Below, piece by piece: positions 24,898-38,475 of a DNA stretch of 64,000 bases. This DNA comes from Mobula hypostoma (taxonomy: Eukaryota). Position 1 is the first letter of the stretch; each line of letters opens with the position of its first letter. The position numbers and the translations under genes are program-made. The DNA is taken from assembly GCF_963921235.1 (NCBI RefSeq), contig NC_086108.1:42038001-42102000 (forward strand), written 5' to 3'. The notes under the pieces are model-generated. The model saw only the letters and a program-made list of their open reading frames with translations. It did no database searches and was not told where the DNA came from.

Positions 24898-25189
24898 CTG
24901 AAGACAAGCAAAATACAGAATTAACTTGATCATGATCACTTAAACTAAGCCTAGACTTTCTAGGAAACATGTTAAAGAAACTTCTTTTGAACTTAGGAGG
25001 TATATTTGTACACGTTTCTCTTCTCACAACTGAAATTTCAGTGATCTCATTTGGCTATAGGATAGAAACAAAGCAAAATCTAACACAATTGAACTACTGT
25101 GATAGATATTCACTTTCCGGGATCCAAGACACTTATTGCTAAACTCAGCCTTCTAGCACAATAGCATGACTTTTCCAAAGGGTCAGAGT

Positions 25190-25410
25190 CATTGGCGATC
25201 CAGCCTCTGTCTGCAAGGAGCTTGTATATTCTCTCCATATCCGTGTGGATTTCCTCCAGGTGCTCCAGTTTGCTCCCACAGTCCAAAGGCATACAGGTTG
25301 ATAGGTTAATTGGTCTTTGTAAATTGTCCCAAAATTAGGTTCAGGTTAACTTTGGGTTTGCTGAGTGGTGCAGCTTGAAGGGAGGAATGGGCCTATTGCA
25401 CGGTGTATCA
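25190..25410 (+). mobile_element. V-SINE-like fragment
   Basis: Central domain gtggatttcctccaggtgctccagtttgctcccacagtccaaagg...aggttaattggtc. Confidence 0.65.
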
Positions 25411-27429
25411 AGTATTCTTTGCTCAATTTTTTGCTGTAAACAAGAACCAGTTTCCAGTTTTTAATGTAATTTGCAAACAGCAATCAGTTTGAAATTGCAT
25501 GCACAACATTGCAAACAGTGTTACAAAAGCACAGGGTTGCCAGCCCACAACAGGTGGCTGGCTGCTCAGAGGTCTGGTTTGCAAAGTGAAGTGACCAGAA
25601 GACTTCTTTTCTGCATTAGCCAAAGGCAAGACAATGGAATAATGTTACTTAGTACATCAAACTCGGTAACAAGTTGAGACATTTGTGTACTCAGAGGGTT
25701 GGCCCTCACAGCATTAATTGTAAATGTTTGGGATCTCTTTCACCAGAAGCTTTTAAAACCATTGAGAGTTACTTTCCCTCAGGAAAGGTATCTGTAAAAC
25801 ATCATATGCAGATGATGTCATTTATTAGAAAATAATATAAATATCAGAAGCATTGGGGATTGTTAGGAATGACAAGGAGAGTGACAGAGAGATGGGATTA
25901 TAGAAAGAACTAGAATTCATTCCTCAACATTCAGTTTCTATAATGGACGACTCATTTGTCTGCAGCTCGTTAGTATGTTCTTACAGTTCAGAAGAATTGT
26001 ATCTGTGTTTGATAATCCTTTGTAGTTTGTAGATCTTTTGTAATTCAGAAATCTTTTATAAATTAGAAATCCACTGAGTGTTACACATACGTTAAGACCT
26101 ATTTACAATTTAAATGTATATCATTAGAACTAAAATAACTGTGTTTAAACTACTTTGTTAACTAGAAGCACCTCTTCCTTTGCAGGGAGGCGTCCCACCA
26201 TTCAAGCAGTGGGTATCGGCAGCTAAACATTACCACAGAGGCTAAACAGGAAAGTAAGCTAGTCCTTGAAGAGTAGGTGGTTACAATATAACCTCCTTAT
26301 AGTGAGGGAACCCATAGATATCTATATCAGATAGGGCTTAAGATCTTCTTTTGAGTTTAGGGCTTTGTGGACAGGGAACCCAATACAGTCCCATCACACT
26401 TTGAGGTATACAAATGTAAAAAATCAGGCCCTATGTTCTATATCAAGGAAGTTAATGAATACTCTATTCTCCTGTGATAACAATTTTATTTTGTTGTTCT
26501 AAACATAAACTAATCTTCTTCCATCTGTCACTGCTTTTTGACTGCAGTTAATGAACCTAGCCCGAAGGACTTCCAGTCAATACGGCAACATCTGTGAAAA
26601 GAGAAATATTCCAACAGAACTAGGAAATGTTTGAAAACAAACATGTTGTAAGTCACAGGAAAGGGTGACAGTGGTAGTGTTGGCGGGATTGGAGAGATAC
26701 AGATATATAATCTTGAGAGAGGGCTGTCAAGGCTCATAACTATGGTTGATCTGTCCTGAGATACAAATAGGGAAAGATGAATGTAAACAGAAGAGCAAAT
26801 TATAAAATTGCCAAACTGACAGATAGAAAACGTTGCTAAAGTCCTGCATTTAGTTTCTCCATTGTAGAGGAGAGCACATTATTAATATATGAAAGTACAA
26901 AAAAACTGGAAGTACAAGGACTGCTTGGATAATTTCTTTGCAGAACACCTTCCGATTGTTGATTGATCCCAAGTTTCTGCTTATCTGTCAATTTCATTCA
27001 CTATACCCCTCATACTCAGACCTGTGTGTTGTTCCAATGAAGGCCTGCATAAAGAACGGGATTTTCTTTCTACACAGGCTACAGCTTTCAGAACTTAACA
27101 CTATATTCAATGATTTCAGATAACCAATCTTTTCAGTTTATAACAGAAGGTGATGAAGCTACAACCCATTTTTTCCTCTCTACACAGATCCCAACTGATT
27201 TATTAGGAAAAGAAAATCATTTCCAGCAGTAAATGAAAATCAACAAAAAAAGTATTTTTTGCATGTTTCACTCTGCCTTCTCAATCTTAACTCTTACTGC
27301 ACTCTTGCACTATACATCAGCCCTGGCATTTCTGATGACCCAGACAATATCTCTGATGAAATAAGGCCAGAATTGTCATGGACATTAACAATAAATCAAT
27401 TCTTTTTGTTGTAAATTATTGAAGGCGGA

Positions 27430-28010
27430 GATATAGAATGGAAACAAAGGAACAGCAAATTCAAAATGATGAGCTGCAGGCAGTGTTAGCAGAGAAGAAA
27501 AAACTGAGTTAATATCATCGATAGATACCCTACAGCAGAACAGGCCAATTTGGAGAGAGTGTGAGAGAGAGAGTGTGTTACTTTAGGTTATAGAATTCAA
27601 TATCTAGTGTGGAAGGCTACAAATATGCCCAGATGGAAGATGAAGTGTTATTTCTTAAAGTTATGTTGCACCTTGTTAAAATGGTGCAGGTAGCCAGAGT
27701 CTGAGTGGGAATTTAGTTTCTCTGATGTAGAGGAGGCACATTGTGAACACAGAATGAAACAGGTAAGATTGGACAAAGTCTGAGTGAATCGCTACTTCCC
27801 TTAGGAGTCGACAGAGTCTTAAGAGAAGGGGTAAAAGGATTGTTACTGCATTTTCTCTGGTTTTACGGGAAAGTGTTTTTTGTAATATCTGCCAGCTTCA
27901 ATGAGAAGACATGTCTCCCCTCCCTCAACCGACCCTACTTTCTTTTGAGCAATCAGAAGAGTTTGTTCCCCTCATGACTTTCTACTCCATTCTCTCTCTA
28001 CCAACCACTG
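27430..28010 (-). mobile_element. Highly decayed Penelope-like remnant
   Basis: The reverse complement resembles the PLE segment 'aacacttcatcttccatctggg...gatattgaattc' seen in better-preserved copies. Confidence 0.45.
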
Positions 28011-28895
28011 AACTTCTCAGGGCACTTCCACAGTGTTTGTTTTGAATGAGGGCCCAGGAGAAGAAGATATATACAAGGATGATGGACAATGTGAGGAAGC
28101 AGTTGAAGAGGCAGGTTATTTGAGGTAGGTAAAACAACAATGATGGCTGAAATGGTTTGAAATATAACTGGATCATCAGAAATGTGAGCTGCATATGTAT
28201 AGTGCAGGAGTGAAGATAGAGTTAGGATCAAGTGGGCAGAGTGAAAGATGTGAAAGATGCAAAGGAAAAACTATATTGTAGATGATGGGAAACATGGATC
28301 TACTTGTGGAGAAGCATATGGAAGTTAATCCACTTCCTTTATAAGAAAGGGGAGAGAATCATGAAGAGAAAGACTGTGCCACTTATACCATTGCAATGGG
28401 CCACACTTAATTGTAATACTGTGACTGTTACTGGAAGCAAAGGTGAAAGTAAGCGTAGTTATCAAATAAATGATTCAATTTGTTTCACTATAAACAGATG
28501 TTAAATTGGTATCTAAGACTTGCAGTTTCTGCAAAGGAACATCTACACACAATTAAGCACCAAGCTAATTTTTAAACTGTTCTTTTCCAGCTTTATTCAT
28601 TGCCAATAAACTGGCACTTTCTGCTGATGATCAAGGGAAATACAGAGTTGACTATCCCCCAGGCTGAAGTGGAGCTGGCAAACTTTCTGATGAACGTTCC
28701 AGATTATTTTAATCATTTTACTTTATATTTGGAAACTCTGAGATTTAAATATATATTTTTGGGTGATACAGTGCCACATAAATAAAAATGTTCCCAAAAC
28801 ATACAATTTGTTAAAATTGCGGAAATGAATTCATTTGATTAGTTGAACTTTCAATTTTGGAGAGATTCTTTTTAAAAATCAGTGAAGAACAGTAC

Positions 28896-29054
28896 CCTGT
28901 AACTATGTGAATCATCCATGTTCTCTTCGTCAAAATGCAGCTCCATGCCCATGCAGGCTGCCAAGTGACCTATGTGCTTTACAAGTCTTCTAATTGTTTG
29001 GCTTATTTTGTTCCGAGCTTCCACCACCATAGAGGAAATATCTGAATCACAGCC
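28896..29054 (-). CDS. KIF14: KIF14 coding exon: GCDSDISSMVVEARNKISQTIRRLVKHIGHLAACMGMELHFDEENMDDSHSYR
   Basis: tttccag acceptor and gtactg donor; 159 nt, phase 0-0. Resembles KIF14 GCCLDISSMIKEAQ...VKYVGQLA. Confidence 0.93.
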
Positions 29055-29639
29055 CTGGAAACACACAAACAGACATCAACTTGCAACAAGATATTGCTTT
29101 AATTATATGCAAGTAATTTTAGTAGGACCTAACAACTCCTCCTCCAGCTTTCAGAACTCTGTGTTGGATAAATTGTTGGAGCAAAAATTTGCTGGTGCTT
29201 CCAAACAAAAAGCAAATTAAAATTTTGACTTCATAATAAAAGGTAAGCTGTAATTCAAACTAAAAATTGAAGCTGTCAAATATACAACTACCTATTAATC
29301 AGTTTCTGCAAAGAAAAGCACAAGCATTTAGTTACTGCCCTGACACAGACTTCCATCAGGTTCATTTCATGTCTGGTACAGGATAAGGTTGTTGAAAATA
29401 TGTTGAACATATATGATAAGTCAATGAAGCTTTTCCAAATTATTTTACAGTACTCGTTTTACTTTATACAGTATTTGGAAATTCAGAGATTTATAGTATA
29501 CTTACGGTAAAAAATAAAAATGTTCCAAAACATACTGTTTAATTTGTTCAAATTGGGGAAATGAATTCTTTTGATTAGCTGAAGTTTCAATCTTGGAAGT
29601 TTTTCTTGGAATTAAACCTACAAACCCTGTTTAATGAAG

Positions 29640-30215
29640 TTAATTGGGGGACTGCTTTGTCAAGCACCTCTGCTCCATCTGCAAAAAGCAGAATTTCCCA
29701 GTGACCAAGCATTTCCATTTGTATTTCACATTCCTCTTCCCACATGTGGGTCCATGGCCTCCTTTTCTGCCACAATGTGGCCACTTCTGGGGTAGAGGAG
29801 CAACATCTGATAATTGGTCTCGGTAGCCTCTGACCTGATGGCACGAACATCAATTTCCCCTTTTCCTCTCCTCTTTCTCTATTTTTCTATTCCCCACTCT
29901 GGACTCTTACCCCTTCTCCACATCTACCCATCACCTCCCTCTGGTGCCCGTCCTTTTTCCCTTTCTCCCATGGTTCACTCTCCTCTCCTATCAGATTCTT
30001 ACTTCTTCAGTCCTTTACCTTTCCCACCTACCTGGCTTCACCTATCACCTTCTAGCTTGTCCTCCTTCCCCTCCTTGCACTTTATTATTCTGATATCTCC
30101 TCCCTTCCTTTTCAGTCCTGATGAAGGTTCGCAGCCTGAACTGTCGACTGTCTATTCATTTTCACAGATGCTGCCTGACCTGCTGAATTCCTCCAACGTT
30201 TTGTGTGTGTTGCTA
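29640..30215 (+). mobile_element. Penelope-like element 3' fragment with hammerhead motif
   Basis: GDCFVKHLCSICKKQNFPVTKHF (GIY-YIG region); cagtcCTGATGAaggttcgcagcctGAAct near 30113-30150; end ...ttgtgtgtgttgct. Confidence 0.8.
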
Positions 30216-30594
30216 AGGAAGTTAATACAATTATGCTTTGATTAGCCAGAAACATCAGATCTTCCCCTACCCTATTTGTGACCCTCCTCTTTGCAACTAA
30301 TATATACCTCCTCTTGTCCGTTTTGTATTTATTTTCATTTTCTCTCTACATTGGCAGCATTCCATTGCTTTCTACGCACATTGTCAACCAGATGTCCTTA
30401 TGCAATTTATTTGAATCTAAAACCAAATCATAATAACATTTAAAATCTGTACATACTAGATCATATTTACTAATTCTGAAGATAAGGATATTAATGATAA
30501 TGCAAACCATTTTTTAAAAATAAATTCTCCATCTTTATTTTACCTACTGTATATACTTTTATTTTCTTTTGTACTCAAATGTTCATTTGCATAC

Positions 30595-30779
30595 CTGTAA
30601 TAACAGTTGTAAATTTTGCCCCAATGTTTTAACTTCCCCAAGCAGTTCATCTTCAATCATTCCAAAGCAAGAGTCTTGTGGGGTAGTGTCTGTCCAAAGC
30701 TTCACTAGAATTGTCACCCTTTCAAAATTTGATGTAGTTCTGATGCAGCAAGACTGCATAGTTTGATTACTGTTGAACA
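30595..30779 (-). CDS. KIF14: KIF14 coding exon: MFNSNQTMQSCCIRTTSNFERVTILVKLW...EDELLGEVKTLGQNLQLLLQ
   Basis: tttctacacag acceptor and gtatgc donor; 185 nt, phase 1 to 0, after a 160-nt intron. Resembles KIF14 EDELRQEVKKLGGYLQLFLQ. Confidence 0.93.
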
Positions 30780-30939
30780 CTGTGTAGAAATGTAAAAAAA
30801 GTTATTTAAAGCAAGATAGTAACTGAGTTATGCACGTCAATTAAACACAAGTAACAAAAAATTACTTCAAGTGTCCTTCAATTTATTATTGAAAATGTAT
30901 TTTTCTAAAGAAAAATGAACAGTAAAATTGTAGACTTAC

Positions 30940-31164
30940 TGTTTTCTTGACTTCCTTCATCTAGCTTTTCATAGGTATGTGAAATTTCCATTGTTTCCTT
31001 ATGAACAGCGATGAGGTCAGTAACGAGTCTGTCAGGGATGTTTTCTTGTGATACCTGACTTCTTCCCAGAAAGTCAACAGCTGCACTCAAAATTTCCTTA
31101 CAAACAACAGGTAATGTTGACTCAGAGCCCATGGGGCAAATACTTCGAGACAAATTCAGTAACT
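30940..31164 (-). CDS. KIF14: KIF14 coding exon: ELLNLSRSICPMGSESTLPVVCKEILSAAVDFLG...EKLDEGSQEN
   Basis: aaaacag acceptor (fits incoming phase 1) and gtaagt donor; 225 nt. Resembles KIF14 ESFLPGICKELIGSSLDFFG...DEESQDN. Confidence 0.9.
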
Positions 31165-32394
31165 CTGTTTTCAGATGGAAAGAATCTGTGAAAATACTTG
31201 AATAACTGAATTCCAGCTTAGCCGGTAATAGTAAATAAAATGAAAACTGGTACACAAAGTGAAAACAATGCACTTAAAATGAGTCATCAAAATCTAGGTA
31301 TTACTTGCTCTGTTCAGATCGATCATTACACATCATGTCCGCTACAAGAAAAGAAACAAACCATTTTGGGAAAACCTACAAGAAAGCAATTGTGGCATGG
31401 ACAGTGTGGAGAAGGGTAGTTGAGGAAGCTTCCCTTTCAGGTTTATCTATCTTGTAACACCAGCACTTCCAGATTCTATAAACATACAAGAGCAGGTAAA
31501 ATGACTACCTGCTGTATAAATTCTAACTCAGCCTAGACCCTTTGTCTCCCTCATCTTACCACAGAAGAGCTATTATTGTCTCAAGCTCAACAACACAAGT
31601 AACAGAACAATAAATGTGGCATCTGTGATGTTGCCACGGTGAGAACAAACTGAAGAATTTTCTTTCAAGCACAAACTCAAAGCAAAACACCATTTTTAGA
31701 TGACTAGAGAAAAATTTCCCATAATTTTGCTTTATTAGTTTCAGATGAAAATTTGCAATTGTTCAGAAATAAATATTTCAAATCAAATCCTAACTACGCT
31801 GTACTAAAACAAGTTGACAAATCAGACAAATTCACTATATACACAAGAAAACAGATTATGTATCAGAAGTTCTGTATTTTATAGGTGTAAGGCTGTATAT
31901 ATAGTACAGTTAAACATTTCCTTTCTGTGAACTAATTTTTTTTTAAAGCAAATATATCCTGGCTAAATAGTAGATAATCAGATTTTCAGTTTCTATAAAA
32001 AGGGACACAATAGTCGCTTCATCATGTCCATAACAAAACAACTGTTTTAAAGTGGAAATCACTACTCAATGAAGCAGTGGAGACTACCTCAGTAAATATA
32101 ATTAAGACAAGGTTGAATAGATTTTTGCATAGTAGGGAAATTGCTGGTTATGGGGGAAAAGCAGGTAGGTGGAGATGAGTCCATGGCCAGATAAGCCATG
32201 ATCTCATTGAATGGCAGAGCAGACTCGACAGGCCAGATGACCTACTCCTGCTCCTATTTCTTATGTAAAGCAGTTAGTGCTGATACATAACATTAAAGCA
32301 CATACAGAACTGTCATAATACACAAATCACAAACATGCGATGATGATCAGGTAACTTATTTTATTTGATGTCTTCCTTCTTCAAAGTTTCAGAA

Positions 32395-33495
32395 CATCAG
32401 AGATGTCTTCTTCCAAAGAACGGGGTTCTTCCTCCACCATTCATGCTGCCCTCACCCGCATCTCCTCCTTTTCCTGGACATCCACACTCATCCCATCTTC
32501 CTTAACAGGGAAAGAGTTCCCCTTGTCCTCACCTACCACCCATGAGCTTCCACATCCAGCACAGCATTCTCCACAACTTCTGCCATCTTCACCAAATGTA
32601 TCTTTACCTCTCCCCCACTCTCGTCTTTCCACAGGGATCACTTTCAAGGTGACTCTCTTGACCATTTGTCCTTCCGGGCACTTATTCCCTGCTTAAGCCG
32701 AAGAAGTACTATACTTGCCCATTCACCTCTTCCCGCACCTCCATTCAGGGCCCCAAACAGTCCCTCCAGGTTAGGCCATATTTCACTTGCAAATCTGTTG
32801 GGATCGTCTACTGCATCCAGTGCTTCTAAAGTGGTCTCCTCAACATTGGTGAGATCTGATGTAGATTGAGGGACTACTCTGCCAAGCACCTTCACTCCAT
32901 TTGCAAAAAGCAGGATTTGCTGGTGGCCAACCATTTTAATTATAATTCCTATTCCCATTCTGACATGCTACTCTATTGCCACAATGAGGCCACACTCAGG
33001 TTGGAGGAGTAACACCTCATATTCCATCTGGGTAGCCTCCAACTTGATGACATGAACATCAATTGCTTTAACTTCCAGTAATTACCCCGTTCCTCCCCCT
33101 TCCCTCTTCCTCCATTCTCCACTCTGGTTCCCCTCTTCTTCTCACCTGCCTGTCTCCTCCCTCTGGTGTCCCTTTTCCTTCCCTTTCTTTCATGGTCCAC
33201 TCTCCTCTCCTATCAAATTCCTTCTTCTCCAGCCCTTTACCTTTTCCACCTATCACCACCCAGCTTACTTCATCCCTACCTCCCCCACCAGGCTTCATCC
33301 ATCAACTTCTAACTTGTACTCCTTCTCCACCCCCACCTTCTTATTCTAGCTCCTTCCCCCATCCTTTCCAGTCTGATGAAGGGTCTCAGAATGTTGATGT
33401 TCCTTTCCATAGTTAATACCTGCATGGCTGAGTTTCTCAATCATTTTCTATGTGTTACTCTGGAATTCCAGCATCTACAGAATTGCTTGTGTTAC
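32395..33495 (+). mobile_element. Penelope-like element 3' portion (decayed ORF plus 3' terminal repeat and tail)
   Basis: Same segments as 44130-45235; cagtCTGATGAagggtctc near 33370; tail ttccagcatctacagaattgcttgtgtt. Confidence 0.8.
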
Positions 33496-33523
33496 TTATT
33501 TTATTTGTTGTTTTAAGGATATA

Positions 33524-34041
33524 CATTCAGTGCCAATTTTATTAGAAGCACCAGGTTATTAATACAAATATCTAATCAGCCGATTATGTGGCAGCAACTC
33601 AATTAATGAAAGCATGCACATATGGTCAAAAGGTCCAATTGTTGTTCAGACCAAACATCAGAATGGGGAAGAAATGTGATCTTAGTGACTTTGACTGTGG
33701 ATAATTGTTGGTGCCAAACAGGGTGGTTTGAGTATCTCAGAAACTGCTGATCTCCTGGATTTTAATGCACAACAGTCTCAAAAGTTTAGAGTGTGAAGAA
33801 CAAACAAAAAAATTCCAATGAGAGGCAATTCTGTAAGTAAAAACACCTTGTTTATGAGAGAGGTCAGAGGACAATGACAAGACTGATTCAAGCTGATGGG
33901 AAGGTGACATTAACATAAGCAACCATGCATTGCAACAGTGGTATGCAGAAGAGCATCTCTGAATGGAAAACATGTCAAACCTTGAACTGGATGGGCCACA
34001 ATAGGTTCCACTCCTGTACCTAATAAAGTAGCCACTGATCG
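33524..34041 (+). mobile_element. Non-autonomous Tc1-derived element
   Basis: TA-flanked imperfect TIRs (cattcagtgccaattttattag / ctaataaagtagccactga). Decayed transposase N-terminus MGKKCDLSDFD...GLSISETADLL at ~33663. Confidence 0.75.
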
Positions 34042-34765
34042 TAGATTGGCTAGGACAGTAAAGATAACTATCCTGCTGTTATTTAAAGACAAACACTCCA
34101 CTTCCAGGTAGTTCTGGGCTTTTATTAGTGGAAGTCATCAATCTGGTTAAGAATTAGTGGAAATAGAAATAAGCTAATTCCATTCTTCTTTGATAAAAAA
34201 TGAACTTATCAGCGATGAAAGAAACTGTAGACACTGTTAATGTTTTGAAACCCAGACCTTGCAGAAAGAGATCTCCAGTGAATAAAACTGGTTTAACAAA
34301 CCTGAGATGATTAAACAAAAGTGATCTAAGAATTTTCAAATAAAAGATGCTCTGTGTCCAATTAACTTTCTTTTTTCCAATTTTAAATCAACAAGATTTT
34401 TCACCCCCATTAACTATAAAAATGGATGGCCGAATGGACTAGTGTACCCTGTGAAACCATGTCAAATGCCTTAGTATAGTCCTTGTAGACAACTCCCTAC
34501 CCTCATCAATCTTCTGAGTTACCTCCTCAAAAAAAAACAAATTAGTGAGACTGGATTTCCCACATATAAAGCTGTGCTGTCTATTTCTGATAGCCCTGCC
34601 TTTCCAAATGTGCACAAGTCCTTTCTATTCTAATTTTCTCCAGGTATTTCACTGACATAAAGTGCTTCATTCAGTAGTTACCTGGCTTATCCCAGCTGCT
34701 CTTCCTAAATAAATGAATAGCATTAGTTTTCATTTTCCTCAACTGTGGATAACAAAGATGCAAAC

Positions 34766-37700
34766 ATAGAAACGCAGAAACATAGAAAATAGGTGCAGGA
34801 GTAGGCCATTCGGCCCTTCGAGCCTGCACCGCCATTTATTATGATCATGGCTGATCATCCAACTCAGAACCCCACCCCAGCCTTCCCTCCATACCCCCTG
34901 ACCCCCGTAGTCACAAGGGCCATATCTAACTCCCTCTTAAATATAGCCAATGAACTGGCCTCAACTGTTTCCTGTGGCAGAGAATTCCACAGATTCACCA
35001 CTCTCTGTGTGAAGAAGTTTTTCCTAATCTCGGTCCTAAAAGGCTTCCCCTCTATCCTCAAACTGTGGCCCCTCGTTTTGGACTTCCCCAACATCGGGAA
35101 CAATCTTCCTGCATCTAGCCTGTCCAATCCCTTTAGGATCTTATACGTTTCAATCAGATCCCCCCTCAATCTTCTAAATTCCAACAAGTACAAGCCCAGT
35201 TCATCCAGTCTTTCTTCATATGAAAGTCCTGCCATCCCAGGAATCAATCTGGTGAACCTTCTCTGTACTCCCTCTATGGCAAGGATGTCTTTCCTCAGAT
35301 TAGGGGACCAAAACTGCACACAATACTCCAGGTGTGGTCTCACCAAGGTCTTGTACAACTGCAGTAGTACCTCCCTGCTCCTGTACTCAAATCCTCTCGC
35401 TATAAATGCCAGCATACCATTCGCCTTTTTCACCGCCTGCTGTACCTGCATGCCCACTTTCAATGACTGGTGTATAATGACACCCAGGTCTCGTTGCACC
35501 TCCCCTTTTCCTAATCGGCCACCATTCAGATAATAATCTGTTTTCCTATTTTTGCCACCAAAGTGGATAACTTCACATTTATCCACATTAAATTGCATCT
35601 GCCATGAATTTGCCCACTCACCCAACCTATCCAAGTCACCCTGCATCCTCTTAGCATCCTCCTCACAGCTAACACTGCCACCCAGCTTCGTGTCATCCGC
35701 AAACTTGGAGATGCTGCATTTAATTCCCTCATCCAAGTCATTAATATATATTATAAACAACTGGGGTCCCAGCACTGAGCCTTGCGGTACCCCACTAGTC
35801 ACTGCCTGCCATTCTGAAAAGGTCCCGTTTATTCCCACTCTTTGCTTCCTGTCTGCTAACCAATTCTCCACCCACACCAATACCTTACGCCCAATACCAT
35901 GTGCTTTAAGTTTGCACACTAATCTCCTGTGTGGGACCTTGTCAAAAGCCTTTTGAAAATCCAAATATACCACATCCACTGGTTCTCCCCTATCCACTCT
36001 ACTAGTTACATCCTCAAAAAATTCTATGAGATTCGTCAGACATGATTTTCCTTTCACAAATCCATGCTGACTTTGTCTGATCATTTCACCGCTTTCCAAA
36101 TGTGCTGTTATCACATCTTTGATAACTGACTCCAGCAGTTTCCCCACCACCGACGTTAGGCTAACCGGTCTATAATTCCCCGGTTTCTCTCTCCCTCCTT
36201 TTTTAAAAAGTTACATTAGCCACCCTCCAATCCTCAGGAACTAGTCCAGAATCTAACGAGTTTTGAAAAATTACCACTAATGCATCCACTATTTCTTGGG
36301 CTACTTCCTTAAGCACTCGAGGATGCAGACCATCTGGCCCTGGGGATTTATCTGCCTTCAATCCCTTCAATTTACCTAACACCACTTCCCTACTAACATG
36401 TATTTTACTCAGTTCCTCCATCTCACTGGACCCTCTGTCCCCTACTATTTCTGGAAGATTATTTATGTTCTCCTTAGTGAAGACAGAACCAAAGTAATTA
36501 TTCAATTGGTCTGCCATGTCCTTGTTCCCCATAATCAATTCACCTGTTTCTGTCTGCAGGGGACCTACACATGTCTTTACCAGTCTTTTCCTTTTTACAT
36601 ATCTATAAAAGCTTTTACAGTCCGTTTTTACGTTCCCTGCCAGTTTTCGCTCATAATCTTTTTTCCCCTTCCTAATTAAGCCCTTTGTCCTCCTCTGCTG
36701 AACTCTGAATTTCTCCCAGTCCTCAGGTGAGCCACTTTCTCTGGCTAATTTGTATGCTTCTTCTTTGGAATTGATACTATCCCTAATTTCCCTTGTCAGC
36801 CACGGGTGCACTACCTTCCTTGATTTATTCTTTTGCCAAACTGGGATGAACAATTGTTGTAGTTCATCCATGCAACCTTTAAATGCTTGCCATTGCATAT
36901 CCACTGTCAATCCTTTAAGTGTCATTTGCCAGTCTATCTTAGCTAATTCACGTCTCATACCTTCAGAGTTACCCCTCTAAGTTCAGAACCTTTGTTTCTG
37001 AATTAACTATGTCACTCTCCATCTTAATAAAGAATTCTACCATATTATGGTCACTCTTACCCAAGGGGCCTCTCACGACAAGATTGCTAATTAACCCTTC
37101 CTCATTGCTCAAAACCCAGTCCAGAATAGCCTGCTCTCTAGTTGGTTCCTCGACATGTTGGTTCAAAAAACCATCCCGCATACATTCCAAGAAATCCTCT
37201 TCCTCAGCACCTTTACCAATTTGGTTCACCCAATCTACATGTAGATTGAAGTCACCCATTATAACTGCTGTTCCTTTATTGCACACATTTCTAATTTCAT
37301 AGAAACATAGAAACATAGAAAATAGGTGCAGGAGTAGGCCATTCGGCCCTTCGAGCCTGCACCGCCATTTATTATGATCATGGCTGATCATCCAACTCAG
37401 AACCCAGCCTTCCCTCCATACCCCCTGACCCCTGTAGCCACAAGGGCCATATCTAACTTCCTTTTAAACATAGCTAATGAACTGGCCTCAACAGTTTGCT
37501 GTGGCAGAGAATTCCACAGATTCACCACTCTCTGTGTGAAGAAGTTTTTCCTAACCTCGGTCCTAAAAGGCTTCCCCTCTATCCTCAAACTGTGACCCCT
37601 CGTTCTAGACCTCCCCAACATCGGGAACAATCTTCCTGCATCTAGCCTGTCCAATCCCTTTAGGATCTTATACGTTTCAATCAGATCCCCCCTCAATCTT

Positions 37701-37920
37701 CTAAATTCCAACGAGTACAAGCCCAGTTCATCCAGTCTTTCTTCATATGAAAGACCTGCCATCCCAGGAATCAAATTTCCTGTTTAATACCATCTCCAAC
37801 CTCACTACTACTGTTAGGTGGCCTGTACACAACTCCCACCAGCGTCTTCTGCCCCTTAGTGTTACGCAGCTCTACCCATATCGATTCCACATCTTCCCGG
37901 CTTATGTCCTTCCTTTCTAT
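34766..37920 (-). mobile_element. Young 5'-truncated CR1 LINE (ORF2 EN-RT with few lesions)
   Basis: 428-aa open RT ([43 protein letters not shown]) plus upstream segments 36203-36958 and 36969-37298 separated by frameshifts. (ttctatgt)n-type tail at ~34766. Confidence 0.95.
37299..37773 (-). mobile_element. CR1 3' fragment nested in the same-family CR1
   Basis: Near-identical to 34770-35247; TSD aatttc at 37293-37298 and 37774-37779. Confidence 0.9.
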
Positions 37921-38383
37921 CAGGGTCCCAGCTATCTTCTCCCTTGCAATCCATAGCATCCTGTGAAAAACCTCATCAGGTCTTGGGGATTCTATCACCC
38001 CCCCCCGCCCCCCCAATATCAATGTGTTCCAGTGTATCCCTCCCTGAATCCACTATCTTACACATTGTTCTTTTCTTTAGGGGATACAGCTGAAAGAGTT
38101 TACTTGGGATCTCACATACATCTGCTGAGTTCACATACAAGTGTCTCTTATGTGAACCCCTCAGGTTCTTACTGAGTCTAATCAATGCACATTGAACTGA
38201 ACACATCAGCACTCCAGCAGTCAAATACTAAATCAAGACAAGAGGGCTGGATGGGAAAGCTTGGTAAACAAATCATTTTCCAAAGTAAATAGACAAAATA
38301 AGCCTTAACAACGACAAAAGTGAAAAGTCACGCTTAAGATAATTAAACAGCATTCAGTGAACATACAAAATACCGAAAAATAC

Positions 38384-38475
38384 CTGTATGTGCAGACTGC
38401 ATATTTTGAGTTGCAAGTGCTTGGATTCCTGCTAAACATCCAGTCATTTGTTTGCTTTTGAAAAAACTTCTACTT
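38384..38475 (-). CDS. KIF14: KIF14 coding exon: SRSFFKSKQMTGCLAGIQALATQNMQSAHT
   Basis: tttttctgcttag acceptor and gtattt donor; 92 nt, phase 2 to 1, in frame with both neighbours. Resembles KIF14 SRSLMKNRRISGCLHDIQ. Confidence 0.88.

Noticed and set aside
26528..26592. Possible extra KIF14 exon (tttcacag|ATGTTGCCG...; RCCRIDWKSFGL)
   Set aside because: The required phase-0 frame stops after four codons, and exons 28896 and 24897 already join in frame.
31165..31273. Upstream extension of ORF 30905-31273 (AKLEFSYSSIFTDSFHLKT)
   Set aside because: The taag acceptor near 31217 gives the wrong phase. The acceptor at 31165-31166 fits phase 1 and the KIF14 alignment, so the extension is treated as intronic.
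34841..35956. Long + strand ORFs (230 aa and 134 aa)
   Set aside because: Antisense shadows of the CR1 RT frame.
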